Of a stretch of 64,000 nt of DNA, positions 60,439-64,000 are shown piece by piece. This DNA is from Octopus sinensis (lineage: Eukaryota). Below the pieces are notes generated by a model. That model made no database searches. It saw only the letters and a program-made list of their open reading frames with translations, and had not been told where the DNA came from. The number at the start of each line of letters is the position of its first letter. Positions within the stretch are counted from its first letter, which is position 1. The stretch covers positions 23,374,001-23,438,000 of the forward strand of contig NC_043000.1 in assembly GCF_006345805.1 (NCBI RefSeq), written 5' to 3'. Position numbers and translations under genes: made by a program.

Positions 60439-62730
60439 GTGAAGACACATAGCATGTAGAGTAAATAATATAGTAATGATAAAACAGAAACAAGACAGCC
60501 AAACAATGGTCATATGATAGGAAATAGCTTTTGATCCATTTTGAAGATGTATTGTTTAGATATGGCCCATGTGCCAATTTTTTTATGCTTGAGTTCTTGT
60601 ATAAAATATGTTTTAAAGAGACTTTTGAGTTTGTTCTGATTTCACTAAGCTGTTTGGAGTTAAATTAGCTATTGCAAACAGCAGAGAATTATTCAAATTT
60701 GAGTTAGTCAACTCTGACCTTACTTTGTATTTCATTAGTTTAATGGATGGAAATATTTGTTCATATCTTACATTATTCTGAAACAACAAATGTAACTGAG
60801 TAAATTTTCTTAGTTCCAAAAAATGTTTACCAGAATTTCAGTGACAACATTTGGAACCAATGGAAGTTTGTCAGATTTATTTTTCTAACGAATTTTTTTT
60901 TTAATCTATAAGTTCCATTTCCATGTTACTAAGCATTTTCATTTTGTTCTCTAAATGGAATTGGGTTTAAATGCAAGTTTGCAGTCTTCGGCTTTATCAA
61001 AATGACTCATGCATTGTCAACATGTTTTGTAAAATAGCTATTATTCGCAGTACATTATTTTGATTGAGAGATGAATGGTTTAAATTTCATTTTGAAAACA
61101 TTGATATCAATTACTAAGTTAAACTGTTCTTGCTGTGCAATTTCGTATTAAATCAATGAGAAGACTGGTTACATCAAACTAAATATGCTAAATCAAATAG
61201 CCAGTGTATCATATTAAAAGGCTTTGGGAATGGAGTTCTTATTTTTCACTTCTAGAAAATTTTGAATAATACTTTTTAATTTCCAAAATCTGCTCAGAAC
61301 TTATCCCCTAGAAAACCAGTGTGCCTCAATGCAGAACTAGATTTTCATATTCCAAATCAAATATTTTGCAATATTCTCTGAATTCCCACCATCCACTTCT
61401 CCTGCTGTAATTTTATTCACATATCTCATAACCATTAACATAACAGATTGCAAGTTTAAATTTTCCATTGGATAACCCTTTGTGTATACCATAGTAATAT
61501 TTAAATGGAGGACAGTCTAAACAATTTTTCAAGCAACTTACCATCCCTATGAGTTCACTGAAATTTACATAAAAGCAGAAGCACAGAGAAGGTTTTTTCA
61601 CCCGATTATGATACGTAAGAGAGTTGTTAGTGCCTTGTAACTGTTGCCTTTGACCAGCACAGTCTTGTGTTCTTTTCTTTGAATCATTAAGGTATCTTGC
61701 AAATATCTGAAAGTAAAGCCTTACAAATTTTTCTTAATCGTGTATTCTTTCCATAACTCAGACACAGGCACTATCTCCACTTCTTTTCATTCTGTTTGAG
61801 TTTGATGTCGTGTTTTTTACTGTTTATTATTATTATGTGTGGAACTATTTTCACACACTGTGAGTAAAATATAAGCAAAGCCTAATGCACAAAGAGTAAG
61901 CTGTAAACTGACTGGGAAAAAGCTGCAATGGATTGGAACTGTTTGCTACCTCAAGGTGTAACAAGTATCGAACATGTATTGAACTATTATGAACAGATCT
62001 GCAGTGTGCCATAGGTTAGCCATCTTTTGTCAAGTTATAGTTAAACCTGTGTAGAGATTTTTAGTTATGCTTTGTTGATCTGAATCGCAGTTCTTTAGCT
62101 GTGTTTTGTTCATGGGCATTAACTTTTTATTTTGTAAACATTGTTAAGGGGAATTATTTAATCATATTTCAGAAATATGTTTAAAATTCTGTAATGGAAA
62201 GGAGATGTAGTTTGCCAGGAGTGAAGATGCTTGCAATTGAAAAATGTCAGGGAGACTGAGAAGTGGTATGTTCACCATTAGAGGTGATATGGAAGTTATA
62301 GATGCTAGAGTCAAAAAAGGAATTAACGATGAAGGTACTTTACTATACAAGTATTTAGTGTGTGAATCAGCTTCTCTGTTTTGGTTTATCATCATTCCTG
62401 ATTTGATCTGAGACTGTGTGTTGAAACTAAAACGATTATAATGTAGAAGGCACATGTTTGTGAAGTTAACTTCACTAAGACTGTCTTTGTGTTTTTTTTA
62501 AATGGTTAATATCTGTATTCCATGCTGTAATTGATTCAGAAAGTAAATTTCTCCATACATATATTATGAAATCTATTATAGTCAGTTTAAATTCTTGGTT
62601 ATTGCTTTATGAGAAGCCTGAATTTATAAACAATAGTCTTTGGGGCCGATTAATAGTTGATAGACCTTCTTAAGAATTAATAAATCTATATGTATTTTGT
62701 AAAATAAATATTTTTTAATCTTTTTTTTAG

Positions 62731-62898
62731 TCACCTTGGGCTGAGGTGGAACTCCTCAGGAACTGCTACAGTTGCTTTGGAAGGGAAAATTTGCTACATG
62801 ACGACACATACTCTCCAACTCAGCCTAAAGTACCCACTTCGTCAATTCCACTCAGTTTTATGCCTTGTGAGCTTGTTATCAATGAAAGAAAAAGTTGG
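62731..62898 (+). CDS. Candidate coding exon (SPWAEVELLRNCYSCFGRENLLHDD...PCELVINERKSW in phase 0)
   Basis: Acceptor atctttttttttag|TCA; donor TGG|gtaagg; 168 nt (56 codons); two of three frames fully open; less AT-rich than the flanks. Confidence 0.5.
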
Positions 62899-64000
62899 GT
62901 AAGGAACTTTTTTTAAATTTTAATGTTAACATCAAGTACACATGTAAAGGCTATGGATGCAGCCTCTCCTTCCAAACTAAACCAGTATTAATAGAAAAAT
63001 AAATAATTTGATCATTTTATCGCATCATTCATTCATGCCTGTTGATTATGATGGGATTATTACTCCAGGTTAAAAGAAAATAAAATGTTTGTGTAGAAAG
63101 TATGCTATTGCATGGTTTCCAAACATGAACTCTGAATGAAGAGTGTGTGCAAAAGCTGGAAAAAAATGAGGCAAGTATGCTCCATTAGATGTTCAGTGTT
63201 TGTGTGAATGAATAACAAAGCACAAAGGGTTGAGAGAAAGACAGTGTTTTAGAGAAATTGACTGTTGTGTGCAAGAAAGAAGACTGTGATGGTATGGATA
63301 AGTGATGTGTATGTAGGGTGACAGTTGGATAAAGAAGTGTCTAGCAGCTTATCTCGGGATATTAAACCCTATGAAGAAAACTGCAAAGGGCCATGACAAG
63401 TGGCATGACTGCTTACTAGAGAATGCATACAAATATGGAAGACCAGAAGTAAAATGACGATGGTAATGAATAGTTTATTGATCTCAATGTTTCAGCTGAA
63501 TTATAGCATATTTAGGCAGGTCATGTTTCCTTACAAACATATTCGTGCACCTGTACATGCATGCTATTTTGTTTGAGTTGTGAATTCACCCATTGTCAGT
63601 TGTCATGTATGATAAGAGTTTATATCTTAATAAATGCAGTTGACCAAACTTATTTGCTTTATTTCATAGGCTCTTATTTTAACAACTATTCTCTTTTAAT
63701 AAAATCCAAAAAGCCTAGTGTGTGCAGTACTGAAAGGGAAAAGAAGTTTATATAAAATCTGTTTTGATTATATTTAAGTGAAAAATTAGATACTTGACCT
63801 GTTGTACATTATCAATCACCTTTCTTAAGACTATTATCAGTCACCTCTTTTAAGACTCAGTTGATCTTTATAGTAAGAGTGACATTCTATTATCTCTTTG
63901 TTGATTGATTCTTAATTAAAATTATGACTCTGGTTTTGATGGTGGTAATAATGATTTCTCATTATTCGTGAGAATTAAGAAATAGAAAAAGGTGGAATGA

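Overview
AT-rich, repeat-dense eukaryotic genomic DNA, most likely an octopus (coleoid cephalopod), judged from its SINE and RTE families with (ATG)n tails. No prokaryotic genes, CRISPR array, rRNA or true tRNA gene are supported, and almost all ORFs in the track are spurious or transposon relics. The window is mainly intron or intergenic sequence packed with decayed mobile elements. These include a full-length but frameshifted DD36E (Incomer-like) Tc1 element (10457-11726), three internally deleted mariner elements, maT, pogo and hAT relics, hAT-, piggyBac- and TA-type MITEs, a Helentron-like element, many RTE and CR1-like LINE pieces, and modular tRNA-derived SINEs. A probable plus-strand host gene starts near 43.3 kb (TATA, Inr and CCAAT motifs followed by a CpG-rich 1.4 kb tract), with several candidate exons from 52 to 63 kb encoding a peptide I cannot identify. 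A possible terminal exon of another gene lies at 2445. The most unusual structures are a TG..CA fold-back insertion with a 5-bp target duplication that splits an RTE, a 40-bp hairpin minisatellite in an RTE 3'UTR, SINEs with swapped tails, and two pre-miRNA-like hairpins (28622-28715 and 31708-31759). I found no convincing new multi-gene system.
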